A stretch of 64,000 nucleotides of DNA from an uncultured Gemmatimonadaceae bacterium (GTDB lineage: Bacteria; Gemmatimonadota; Gemmatimonadetes; Gemmatimonadales; Gemmatimonadaceae), in the NCBI GenBank assembly GCA_963761305.1, contig CAVXGK010000002.1, positions 2,720,001 to 2,784,000 on the forward strand. Direction: 5' to 3'. Below, one piece after another: positions 42,615 to 51,350 of the stretch (the first letter of the stretch is position 1; every line of letters begins with the position of its first letter). Position numbers and translations under genes: made by a program. The notes beneath the pieces are model-generated. The model had not been told where the DNA came from. It worked only from the letters and a program-made list of their open reading frames with translations, and made no database searches.

Positions 42615-44549
42615 ATGGGTACCGCTCGCAGGACGTTCGCCCTCGCCGCCGCCATGCTCTTCGCCTCCGCGCCTGCGCTTTTCGCGCAGACGTATCCGAC
42701 CGGCAACGACCCGCGCAACGGGCTCAAGCCGGGACGATATGACGCGGGCCAGGCGGCGAGCGGCATGAAGTTGTTGTCATTCTCGAAGAAGCCGGCCGAG
42801 TTCGACTCGACCGCGGGGTTGAGGTTCATCAACTCGGACCTCGCGTTCCGCGACCACTACGTCTACCAGGGCAACTTCGCCGGATTCATGGTGTGGGACG
42901 TCAAGAATCCCGCCAAGCCGTTGCTCGTCGCGACGGTCCCGTGCATCACCGCGCAGGGCGATCCGTCGATCGTCGGCCATCTGCTCTTCATCTCGGCCGA
43001 AGGCGGTGGAAACCGCAAGGACTGCGCGAACACCGGCATCAGGGATACGTCCGATCACACGTCTCACATGACGGGCGTCCGCATCTACGACGTTGCCGAT
43101 CCGGCGCACCCGAAGCTCATCAAGAACGTCGAGACGTGCAAAGGATCGCACACGCACACATTGATCCCCGACCCGAAGGACAAGGGCACGGTCTATCTCT
43201 ATGTGTCGGGGAGCCAGAGCGCGCGTCCGTCGGTGGAGCTCGCGGGATGCAACAACAGCACCGACCCGGCGGACACGACGAACTCGCTGTATCGCCTCGA
43301 CATCATCAAGGTGCCGCTCGCGCATCCGGAGAACGCCACGGTGGTCGGCGGCGCGCGCATCTTCACCGGACTCGGTCAGGCGGCGCAGAGCACCGCGCGA
43401 CGCGACGCTCAGGCGAACCGCGGCGCGCGGGGCGGCCGGGGCGGAAACGCGCCCGGTGACAACCGGCAAGCAAACGCCGCGCAAGCCCCGGCAAGGGGTT
43501 TCGGTTTTCGGCCGGATCCGTCGAACGGTCCCTGGAACTGCCACGACGTGACGGCGTATCCCGACATGCATTTGCTCGCCGGCGCGTGCGCGAGCTACGG
43601 GTTGCTCGTCGACATCTCGAATCCGCTCAAGCCCGTGCGCATTTCCGAGAAGGCCGACACGAACTTCTCGCTCTGGCACACCGCCGTGTTCAGCAACGAC
43701 GCCTCGAAGGTCGTGTTCACCGACGAGTGGGGCGGTGGCACGTCGCCCAACTGCCAGATCACGAGCATGATGGAGATGGGCGGCAACGCGATCCTCACGA
43801 TCAGCAAGGACCACAAGTACACGCAGCACGCGTACTTCAAGATTCCGACGGCGCAGAGCGCCCAGGAGAACTGCGTGTCGCACAACGGCGGCCTCATTCC
43901 GGTGCCGGGTCGCGACCTGATGGTGCAGGGTTGGTATCAGGGCGGCATCGACGTGAGCGATTTCACGGATCCTGATCATCCGTACGAGGTCGCGTTCTTC
44001 GACCGCGGTCCGGTCGATCTGCCGTCCGATACGATGCCGGTGACCGTGGCCGGCAGCGCCGCAGGTGCGCCAGCCGCGGGTGCGCCACCCGCCGGCGGCG
44101 GCCGCGCATTCCGCAGCACCATCGGCGGATCGTGGGGCGCGTACTACTGGAACGGCTACATCTATTCGTCCGAGCTCGCCCGCGGCTTCGACATTCTCGA
44201 GCTGCTGCCGAGCGACAAGCTCTCGGCCAACGAGCTCGCGGCCGCGAAGCTGGTGCGGTTCGTGGAGTACAACCCGCAGAGCCAGCCGCACCTCGTGTGG
44301 CCGGCGGCGTTCCCGGTGGTGCGCTCGTACCTCGACCAGCTCGTGCGCGACAACGGCCTGACGTCCGAGCAGACGACGTCGATCGCGAAGGCGCTGGACG
44401 CGGCCGAGAAGGAATCGGGTGCCGCGCGCGGTGCATCGTTGACGAAGCTCGCGAAGCAGGTGGATGGTGAAGTCGCCGGCGCGAAGGACCAGCCCCGCGC
44501 GAAGGCGTTGTCGGCCGAGATCAAGCGGTTGGCGGCGGTGTCGAAGTAG
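42615..44549 (+). CDS. Secreted LVIVD-repeat protein
   Basis: Signal peptide; NSDLAF, QGDPS, GSHTHT, CHDVT, DEWGGG, ENCVSHNG, WYQGG. Confidence 0.85.
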   Translation: MGTARRTFALAAAMLFASAPALFAQTYPTGNDPRNGLKPGRYDAGQAASGMKLLSFSKKPAEFDSTAGLRFINSDLAFRDHYVYQGNFAGFMVWDVKNPAKPLLVATVPCITAQGDPSIVGHLLFISAEGGGNRKDCANTGIRDTSDHTSHMTGVRIYDVADPAHPKLIKNVETCKGSHTHTLIPDPKDKGTVYLYVSGSQSARPSVELAGCNNSTDPADTTNSLYRLDIIKVPLAHPENATVVGGARIFTGLGQAAQSTARRDAQANRGARGGRGGNAPGDNRQANAAQAPARGFGFRPDPSNGPWNCHDVTAYPDMHLLAGACASYGLLVDISNPLKPVRISEKADTNFSLWHTAVFSNDASKVVFTDEWGGGTSPNCQITSMMEMGGNAILTISKDHKYTQHAYFKIPTAQSAQENCVSHNGGLIPVPGRDLMVQGWYQGGIDVSDFTDPDHPYEVAFFDRGPVDLPSDTMPVTVAGSAAGAPAAGAPPAGGGRAFRSTIGGSWGAYYWNGYIYSSELARGFDILELLPSDKLSANELAAAKLVRFVEYNPQSQPHLVWPAAFPVVRSYLDQLVRDNGLTSEQTTSIAKALDAAEKESGAARGASLTKLAKQVDGEVAGAKDQPRAKALSAEIKRLAAVSK

Positions 44550-44599
44550 ATCCAGCCAGCTCGTGGCCGGCGATGGTGGCCGCGGAAGGAATAGGAACG

Positions 44600-44634
44600 A
44601 AGAAACCCACACCTGCGCGGTGTGGGTTTCTTTG
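44600..44634. terminator. Bidirectional intrinsic terminator
   Basis: AAGAAACCCACACC-TGCGC-GGTGTGGGTTTCTT between convergent genes. Confidence 0.85.
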
Positions 44635-44671
44635 TGTCTCGAGTGTCGCCAATGCGACTACGGTTCGACCG

Positions 44672-45253
44672 TTACTTCGTGATGCTCACGACGCCGGCGA
44701 TCGGATTCGATCCGAAATGCGTGGCCGCGGCACCCCCAAACGTCAGCGCAATGTTCGAGAAGGCGACAAGGCTGCCCCCGGTGACATCGATCTGCAGCGT
44801 GGACGTCGGCGGAGTGGTTTTTTCAAAAGTCGGGGGGGCCCCGTTCCCCGTAATCGTCGTCTCATCCGCCTGGCTGCTGACGCGAAAACCGCCCGGAATC
44901 GGCGTCACTGTCCCGACTACCGAGATGTGATGCGTATGGGGGTTGCGCGTCGTGAGGCTGTTAGCATCGGGTGCTGCGGGCGCAAGCGGGTTGAAGCTGA
45001 AAAACAGATCGGATCGCTCCATCGACAATTCCGCGGTGAACACAGCCGCGTCCGGTCCTCCTGTCACATCCAGGGACCAGTCGCCGTGAATCGCCCAGCT
45101 GCCAGACGTCGGCGTCGTCAAGTCGTGGATCGATCCGGTCAAATGGAGACCGTTGAAATGATCATTCCCCCCTTTTTGACCCTGGGCGGGAACGCTGACT
45201 GCGGCGAACGCGAGAACCCCGACGAGCGGGATCCAGTGGAACTGTTTGACCAT
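44672..45253 (-). CDS. Secreted hypothetical protein
   Basis: GGAGG RBS; signal peptide ending PAQG; predicted beta-rich body. Confidence 0.75.
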   Translation of the reverse strand: MVKQFHWIPLVGVLAFAAVSVPAQGQKGGNDHFNGLHLTGSIHDLTTPTSGSWAIHGDWSLDVTGGPDAAVFTAELSMERSDLFFSFNPLAPAAPDANSLTTRNPHTHHISVVGTVTPIPGGFRVSSQADETTITGNGAPPTFEKTTPPTSTLQIDVTGGSLVAFSNIALTFGGAAATHFGSNPIAGVVSITK

Positions 45254-45359
45254 GACCTACCTCCCTGTGCCGACGGTTACGGGACGGCGAACATAGGCCG
45301 CCGGTCTCCACCGACAAAGCGGCAAGGTGCGGCGTTGCACGATGCCGGGACGGTCTGAC

Positions 45360-45389
45360 GTCGAATGCGGTCGAATGCCGTCGATTGCC
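45360..45389 (+). promoter_or_regulatory. Three 10-bp direct repeats in a divergent promoter region
   Basis: GTCGAATGCG GTCGAATGCC GTCGATTGCC. Confidence 0.55.
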
Positions 45390-45444
45390 GCGTCATGAGG
45401 CGCGAGCTAGAATCGGGTTCCGCCACGGGAGCCTGGACTGCGCA

Positions 45445-47400
45445 ATGAGCGAACTCCCATTAAAAACACCGGCGCCCCCCATCGCGGCGAGCCCGCGCGA
45501 GTCTCGGCTCGATTCCTGGAAGGAGATCGCGGCCTATCTCCGCCGCGACGTGAGCACCGTCCAGCGCTGGGAAAAGCGCGAGGGGATGCCCGTCCATCGC
45601 CATCTTCACGCAAAGCAGGGGTCCGTGTCCGCCGTCCGGACCGAGCTTGACGCGTGGTCACAGAGCCGGAGGGTTCGGGTCGTCCCCGACGGGGCGAAGG
45701 AAGAACCGGCCGGGCCGCCGGATGCGGACGCGTTCCCGCGGAATCCACTCGAGAATGCGGAATTCGCGCCCGTCGCGGATTTCGACGGCTCGCCACACGC
45801 GGCGACGATCTCGCGCGACGGGAAGTTCGTCGCGTTCCTCGCGAATCTCGACGGACGAACGGACGTCTGGATCACTCAAGTCGGCGCCGGACGATTCTAC
45901 AACCTGACCCGCGGCGCAGCGCTCGATCTCGTGAATCACGACATTCGCACGCTGTCGTTTTCACCCGACGGGGCGCTCGTCTTGTTTTGGGCGCGCACTT
46001 CGGGGGGAGGAGGATCGACCGGCCGCAGCGTCGGAATCTGGTCCGTGCCCACGCTTGGCGGCGAGCCGCGGCCATACCTCGACGATGTGCCGGAGCTCGA
46101 TTGGAGCGAGAGCGGGCGGCTCGTCTACCATACGGCGGCGCACGGAGATCCGATATTCGTCACCGGTCCCAACCAACCTCCACCCGGCGATCGGATCTTC
46201 GCCGAGTCGCCGGGACGCCATGCCCACTTCCCCGTGTGGTCGCCCGACGAGGCCTTCATCTACTTTGTCGGCGGAATCGTGCCGAAGGAATTGGATCTCT
46301 GGCGGATCAGACCCGTCGGTGGCTCCGCCGAACGCCTCACCTTTCACGACTCGCGCGTGGCATATCCGGTCTTCGTGAATCGCCGGACGCTGTTGTATCT
46401 CGCGACCGGCGCCGACGGCTTGGGACCGTGGCTGCATGCCCTGGACGTCGACCGGCGCATCGCGCGTCGGATCGGAACCGGCATCGACCGTTACACGTCG
46501 CTCGCGGTCAGCGGCGACCGGCGGCGACTCGTGGCGACGAGATCGAATCCCAAAGCTGAGCTGTGGCGCGCCGCTCTTTGCGAGACGCCGGCCTCGATCT
46601 CGAGCGCGACTCGCTTGCGTTTGCCGACTGGCTCCGGGCGCTCGCCGCGATACGGACCCGGGTATCTGATGTACGTGTCTTCGACAGGGACAAGCGACAG
46701 CCTGTGGAGACTCGTGGACGACGCGGCCGCTGAATTGTGGAGTGCGCCGGCCGGCGCGCAGATCGTCGGCGGCGCTGCGGTCACAGCCGATGGAGGGCGT
46801 GTCGCCATCTCGGTGAGCGAGCGGGGGCAGTCGCGACTGTATGTGATGAACGTCGACGGAACGCACTCGCGCATCGTCGCTGACTCGCTCGCGCTGCGCG
46901 GGGCACCCGTCTGGGCGCCGGACGGACGATCGCTGCTGGTGACGGCGGCCGACGAGACCGGCACACCGTGCGTGCATCGAGTGTCGCTGGACGGGAGTGC
47001 TCCGACTCGTGTCCTGTCGGAATATTCGGTCGATCCGGCCTGGGCGCCGGACGGTTCGTTCTTCGTCTATTCAGGCCCGGACATCGGGACGACATTCCAG
47101 GTGAGGGCCGCGACGCCTGAGGGCAGGCCGTACCACCTCCCGAATGTCGCCCTCGCGCGCGGAGCGCGGCACGTCGCATTCCTGCCGGACGGCCTCGCGC
47201 TAATCGTCCTCAAGGGCGAGATGGGACGGAGGGAGGTTTCGCTGATCGATCTGAAAACGGGGAGCGAGCGGCCGCTGACGAATTTCGGACGCGACATCGT
47301 CGTGCGCGACTTCGACGTTTCTCCCGACGGCCGCGATCTGGTCATCGAGCAGGTGCAGGAGCACTCGGATATCGTGCGGATCGATTTGCCAACTCGATGA
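45445..47400 (+). CDS. HTH DNA-binding domain fused to a TolB-like double beta-propeller
   Basis: RLDSWKEIAAYLRRDVSTVQRWE; SRDGK/SPDG/WAPDG repeats. Confidence 0.85.
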   Translation: MSELPLKTPAPPIAASPRESRLDSWKEIAAYLRRDVSTVQRWEKREGMPVHRHLHAKQGSVSAVRTELDAWSQSRRVRVVPDGAKEEPAGPPDADAFPRNPLENAEFAPVADFDGSPHAATISRDGKFVAFLANLDGRTDVWITQVGAGRFYNLTRGAALDLVNHDIRTLSFSPDGALVLFWARTSGGGGSTGRSVGIWSVPTLGGEPRPYLDDVPELDWSESGRLVYHTAAHGDPIFVTGPNQPPPGDRIFAESPGRHAHFPVWSPDEAFIYFVGGIVPKELDLWRIRPVGGSAERLTFHDSRVAYPVFVNRRTLLYLATGADGLGPWLHALDVDRRIARRIGTGIDRYTSLAVSGDRRRLVATRSNPKAELWRAALCETPASISSATRLRLPTGSGRSPRYGPGYLMYVSSTGTSDSLWRLVDDAAAELWSAPAGAQIVGGAAVTADGGRVAISVSERGQSRLYVMNVDGTHSRIVADSLALRGAPVWAPDGRSLLVTAADETGTPCVHRVSLDGSAPTRVLSEYSVDPAWAPDGSFFVYSGPDIGTTFQVRAATPEGRPYHLPNVALARGARHVAFLPDGLALIVLKGEMGRREVSLIDLKTGSERPLTNFGRDIVVRDFDVSPDGRDLVIEQVQEHSDIVRIDLPTR

Positions 47401-47423
47401 CGCCCGCCGTACAATCGATAGCA

Positions 47424-48101
47424 ATGACCAAGCGTCGATACGGGGATGAGGAGGTCCGCGAGATTTTCAGTCTCGCGACTGCGGGCGGCACGTCCGACCG
47501 GTCACTGCCTGCCGAATCCGGCGGGCTGACCCTGGATGAGCTCCAGCGCATCGGCGAGGAGGCGGGCATCGAACCGGCGCGAGTCGCGCAAGCCGCTGAG
47601 AAGCTCGACGCCCGCGGGAGGCCGACGCCCGTCCGGCGATCTTTCGGACTCCCGATGGGAGTGTCGCGGGTGGTCGATCTTCCGCGCGCCCCGACGGATC
47701 GGGAGTGGGAGCAATTGATATCTCAATTCAGGACCACGTTTGGGACGCCTGGCCGCATGACGACTTCGGGCGGGCTCCGCGAATGGTCACGGGGCGACAT
47801 GCACATCTCCGTCGAGCCCACCGAGCATGGCGAACAGCTCCGACTCACCGCACGTAACGAGGCCGCCGTGGGCCTCAACGCGCTTGGAGTCCTGACGGGC
47901 GGAGTGTCGGTGCTCACCGGCGCGTTGGCCGCTGCCGCTGGCAAGCCGGAAAAGGCGCTGGTGGTGTTCGGCGTGTTCGGCGCAATGGCGCTGGGCACGT
48001 TCGGAGCGAACCTGTTTCGCTCGCCGCGTTGGGCCCGTGAGCGCACGCGACAGATGGAGGCGATCGCCGAGCACGTGGTGAAGCTGCTCTCCAATCCATA
48101 G
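47424..48101 (+). CDS. Hypothetical membrane protein
   Basis: RRYGDEEVREIF, GLTLDELQRIGEEAGI, two C-terminal TM segments. Confidence 0.75.
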   Translation: MTKRRYGDEEVREIFSLATAGGTSDRSLPAESGGLTLDELQRIGEEAGIEPARVAQAAEKLDARGRPTPVRRSFGLPMGVSRVVDLPRAPTDREWEQLISQFRTTFGTPGRMTTSGGLREWSRGDMHISVEPTEHGEQLRLTARNEAAVGLNALGVLTGGVSVLTGALAAAAGKPEKALVVFGVFGAMALGTFGANLFRSPRWARERTRQMEAIAEHVVKLLSNP

Positions 48102-48104
48102 GTC

Positions 48105-48542
48105 ATGGCCGCATCGGTCGCACTGGTGCTGGCCGGCGTCTTCATCTCGATCGCGGCGCTCCACATCCGTTGGGCATTGGCACCAGGTCGCACGAGCTCC
48201 AGCCCTGTCGGCGTCGCGGTCCCGACGCGCTTGGATGGAACGCCGCTCTTCGAGCCAGGGCGCGCCGCCACGCTCGGCGTCGCGCTGTTGCTCATCATCG
48301 CCAGCCTGCTCGTGCTCCAACAGGGCGGGATTCTGACACTGCCTGGCCGAGCGGTCGCGTACCGGCTCGGCATCTGGCTGCTCGGAGCGGTTCTCGTGCT
48401 GCGCACGGTGGGTGACTTCCGGTACGTCGGAATGTTCAAACGGGAGCGGCGCACACGATTCGCCGCGCGCGACAGTCGCATCTACACGCCCCTGTGCGGT
48501 GTGCTCGCCGCGGGCGTCCTCTATCTCGCCGTCAACCGATAG
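48105..48542 (+). CDS. DUF3995-like membrane protein
   Basis: LHIRWA, RTVGDFRYVG, DSRIYTPLC. Confidence 0.75.
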   Translation: MAASVALVLAGVFISIAALHIRWALAPGRTSSSPVGVAVPTRLDGTPLFEPGRAATLGVALLLIIASLLVLQQGGILTLPGRAVAYRLGIWLLGAVLVLRTVGDFRYVGMFKRERRTRFAARDSRIYTPLCGVLAAGVLYLAVNR

Positions 48543-48546
48543 TGCC

Positions 48547-50046
48547 TTAGCGTTTCACCGGCGACCCGAACCAAGTCGTCATCGCTTCCGTCAGCCCTTG
48601 CAACGTTCCGTCGCCGACCCAGGCGACGTAGCCGTCGGGACGGATCAACACCGCCACGGGCGCAGCGACGTCGCCGATAACCGGCAGTTCCCATTTGCCG
48701 GCGTATTTCGCGTCGACGTACTGAACGCGGTCCGACCACGGCGCTATATCGATGGCGCGCGGCGCGCCGAAGTTCAGAAGCAGCGGCCGAGCCGTGTGAA
48801 GGAAACCGAAGACGCGCCGCGGGCCGCTTACGGTGACAACATCGAGATCGGGCATGCGACGGCCCAGCAGCGGATGCCCCTCTCCCAGATCGTACCGAAT
48901 GTCCAAGCCGGACATCATTCCCGCGATGCGTTTGCGCGGCTCCTCCATCGTGAGGAGGTCGCCGACGATGTCGCGCACGGCGAGTGTGCGCGCGTCCTCA
49001 CGGTGCAGCGCCACCTGCGCCATCGTGTTCTTGAGCACGCGCGCGCCGACGGGGTGTCGCTCGGCGTGATACGTGTCGAGCAGGCTCTCCGGCGACGTGC
49101 CCTTGGTCACCTGGGCCAGCTTCCATCCGAGATTCACCGCATCCTGCACGCCTACGCCGAGTCCCTGCCCGCCGATCGGCGAGTGAACGTGCGCGGCGTC
49201 GCCGGCGAGCAACACGCGCCCGCTGCGATAGGTCGCGGCCTGCCGCGTCATGTCGGTGAATCTGGAGATCCAGGTCGGGCTGTGTACGCCGTAGTCGGTG
49301 CCGCACACGGCGACGAGCAGCTCCTTGAGATCGCGCAGCGTCGGCTCGGCGGTTGAATCCGGGTGTGGTTCGGTGACCATGACGCCGATGGGACCCACAT
49401 CCTTATATATGATTTCGCTGCCTTTGATCTCGAACTCCGACCGGCCGAACGCATACATGCCGGCGGCCGAACGATGCACTCCGTACGGCGGCTTCTCCGT
49501 CATCTCCACTTCCGCAAGGATGTTGCTCGTCGTCGGATCCCAACCCGGGAACTCGATGCCCGCGGTCTTGCGTACGAGACTGCGTCCGCCATCGCACCCG
49601 ACGAGATATTGCGCGTGCAGTGACTCGCCGTCGGCGAGGGTGACGTCGACGCCGGCGTCGTGCTGTATGAATCCCGTGATGTCGCGGCCGTAGAGGATTG
49701 GCACCTCGAGCTCGTTGACCCAGCCGGCGAGGATGCGCTCGATGTACTTCTGCCGCAGCGCCAATACGTAGTTGTGGCGCGTCGGGAAGTCGCTTAGTCC
49801 CAAGCGGGTGACGGCGAAGCCGGTGGCCTGCGCCGTTTGTCCCGCCGAGAGAAATCGGTCCGCAATGCCGCGCTGGTCGAGCACTTCGATGGTGCGCGAG
49901 GAGATTCCGAGGGCCCGCGCGCCGGAGAGCTCCTGGTTGGGCCGGCGCTCGACGACGGCGACGTCCACTCCCGCCAGCGCCAATTCGCCTGCGAGCATGA
50001 GACCCGTGGGGCCGCCGCCCGCGATCACGACCGAGTGATTAGTCAT
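48547..50046 (-). CDS. FAD-dependent monooxygenase, rifampin monooxygenase (Rox)-related
   Basis: GGGPTGLMLAGEL, GCDGGRS, GTDYGVHSPTWISRF, GDAAHVH.P.GGQG, LLDTYHAERHPV, YDLGEGHPLLGRRM, LIRPDG. These segments resemble actinobacterial Rox as I recall it. Confidence 0.85.
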   Translation of the reverse strand: MTNHSVVIAGGGPTGLMLAGELALAGVDVAVVERRPNQELSGARALGISSRTIEVLDQRGIADRFLSAGQTAQATGFAVTRLGLSDFPTRHNYVLALRQKYIERILAGWVNELEVPILYGRDITGFIQHDAGVDVTLADGESLHAQYLVGCDGGRSLVRKTAGIEFPGWDPTTSNILAEVEMTEKPPYGVHRSAAGMYAFGRSEFEIKGSEIIYKDVGPIGVMVTEPHPDSTAEPTLRDLKELLVAVCGTDYGVHSPTWISRFTDMTRQAATYRSGRVLLAGDAAHVHSPIGGQGLGVGVQDAVNLGWKLAQVTKGTSPESLLDTYHAERHPVGARVLKNTMAQVALHREDARTLAVRDIVGDLLTMEEPRKRIAGMMSGLDIRYDLGEGHPLLGRRMPDLDVVTVSGPRRVFGFLHTARPLLLNFGAPRAIDIAPWSDRVQYVDAKYAGKWELPVIGDVAAPVAVLIRPDGYVAWVGDGTLQGLTEAMTTWFGSPVKR

Positions 50047-50091
50047 CGCAACTCCTGGTCAGAACGAGACGCGGAGTATCACCTCGCGCGA

Positions 50092-50110
50092 GGGTCTTGC
50101 CGCAAGCCTG
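50092..50110. promoter_or_regulatory. Rifamycin-associated element (RAE)-like 19-bp palindrome
   Basis: GGGTCTTGCCGCAAGCCTG (minus strand CAGGCTTGCGGCAAGACCC); core CTTGC-N-GCAAG; 45 bp upstream of the Rox-like start. Confidence 0.75.
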
Positions 50111-50137
50111 CGGGTCGTTGATATATATCTGTAGCCG

Positions 50138-50809
50138 ATGAAGCCTTTCGAGCGACTCGGGGAGGCGCGGACTCCGAACGGGACGCTGATCGCGCTGTAT
50201 CGGCACGACGGCGCCTATCTCATTCGCGCCGATGGCGTCGAGCTCATGTCGACTCGCCGACACCTCTCGGAAGATCGGCTCGCCGAAGTCGCCTGCGCTC
50301 CGCTCCGCGAAGTCCCCGGGGCCCGAGTGCTCATCGGTGGCCTAGGGCTGGGGTTCACGCTCCGCGCCGCACTGCGGCACCTTCGCGAGGACGCCGAGAT
50401 CGTGGTGGCGGAGCTCCTCGCCGAAGTCATCGCGTGGAACGAAGACCCGCGGTACGGGCTGTCCGTCGACGCGATGCGCGATCCACGCGTCCGCGTGCTG
50501 CACGGTGACGTGGTTGACGTGCTCCGGGCGAACCCCGCCGCCTTCGATGCGATCATGCTCGACACCGACAACGGCCCCGATGGAATGCTCATGTCCGAGA
50601 ACGCGCCACTCTACGCTTCGAATGGCATCGCGGTCACGGTGGCCGCCCTGCACGCCGGCGGCTCGATCGTGTACTGGTCCGTGGGTGACGACCCGGGGTT
50701 CGCCGGCGCGTTGCGCCGTTCTGGGCTCGCGGTCCGGACGCTGCACGTTCGGGCACACGACACCGCGGGCCCGATGCATACGCTCTACGTAGCGAAGCGG
50801 CGCGTGTAG
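50138..50809 (+). CDS. Spermidine-synthase-like SAM-dependent transferase
   Basis: ELMSTR, VLIGGLGLGFT (motif I), VVAEL, FDAIMLDTDNGP; no SD sequence, possibly leaderless. Confidence 0.85.
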   Translation: MKPFERLGEARTPNGTLIALYRHDGAYLIRADGVELMSTRRHLSEDRLAEVACAPLREVPGARVLIGGLGLGFTLRAALRHLREDAEIVVAELLAEVIAWNEDPRYGLSVDAMRDPRVRVLHGDVVDVLRANPAAFDAIMLDTDNGPDGMLMSENAPLYASNGIAVTVAALHAGGSIVYWSVGDDPGFAGALRRSGLAVRTLHVRAHDTAGPMHTLYVAKRRV

Positions 50810-50867
50810 GTTAGCTAACGCGCTCTACGGCGCCCCGCGATTCCCACCGTTCAAGCATGGATACGTC

Positions 50868-51278
50868 ATGAACGTTGCACGGATTGTGATGGCAACTTTG
50901 GGTGCCTTCGTCGTCTATTTCGCGCTCGGCGCCCTGTTCTTCACGCGTCCCATGATGCGGGGGGAGTTCGCGAAGTACTCCGCAGTTTATCGCTCTCAGC
51001 AAGCCATCAAGAGCGTCATGCCGTTCGGGATGCTCGGCATGCTGCTCTCGATGCTCGCGCTCGCGATCCTCTTCGCGATGATTCATCCCCAGGGTGCCGG
51101 CTTGGCGGCGGGTGCCAAGTTCGGGCTCCTGATCGGCCTCTATGCGCTTGGGTCGTTCGTTCTGCACAATCACGTCAATCTGAACATCGGTAGTCGCCTG
51201 ACCGTGCTCCAGGCGATCGCATATTCGATAGAATGGTTGGCCGTCGGGATGACGATCAGCCTGATCTATCGCGGATGA
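50868..51278 (+). CDS. Small four-TM membrane protein (DUF1761-like)
   Basis: Four hydrophobic helices; AGAKFGLLIG. Confidence 0.7.
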   Translation: MNVARIVMATLGAFVVYFALGALFFTRPMMRGEFAKYSAVYRSQQAIKSVMPFGMLGMLLSMLALAILFAMIHPQGAGLAAGAKFGLLIGLYALGSFVLHNHVNLNIGSRLTVLQAIAYSIEWLAVGMTISLIYRG

Positions 51279-51350
51279 GCAGGGACAGAGACAAGGCCCG
51301 ACTATCTCGACCGTAGCCGAGCCGGGCGTTAGGACGAAGTCAGGCCTCCG

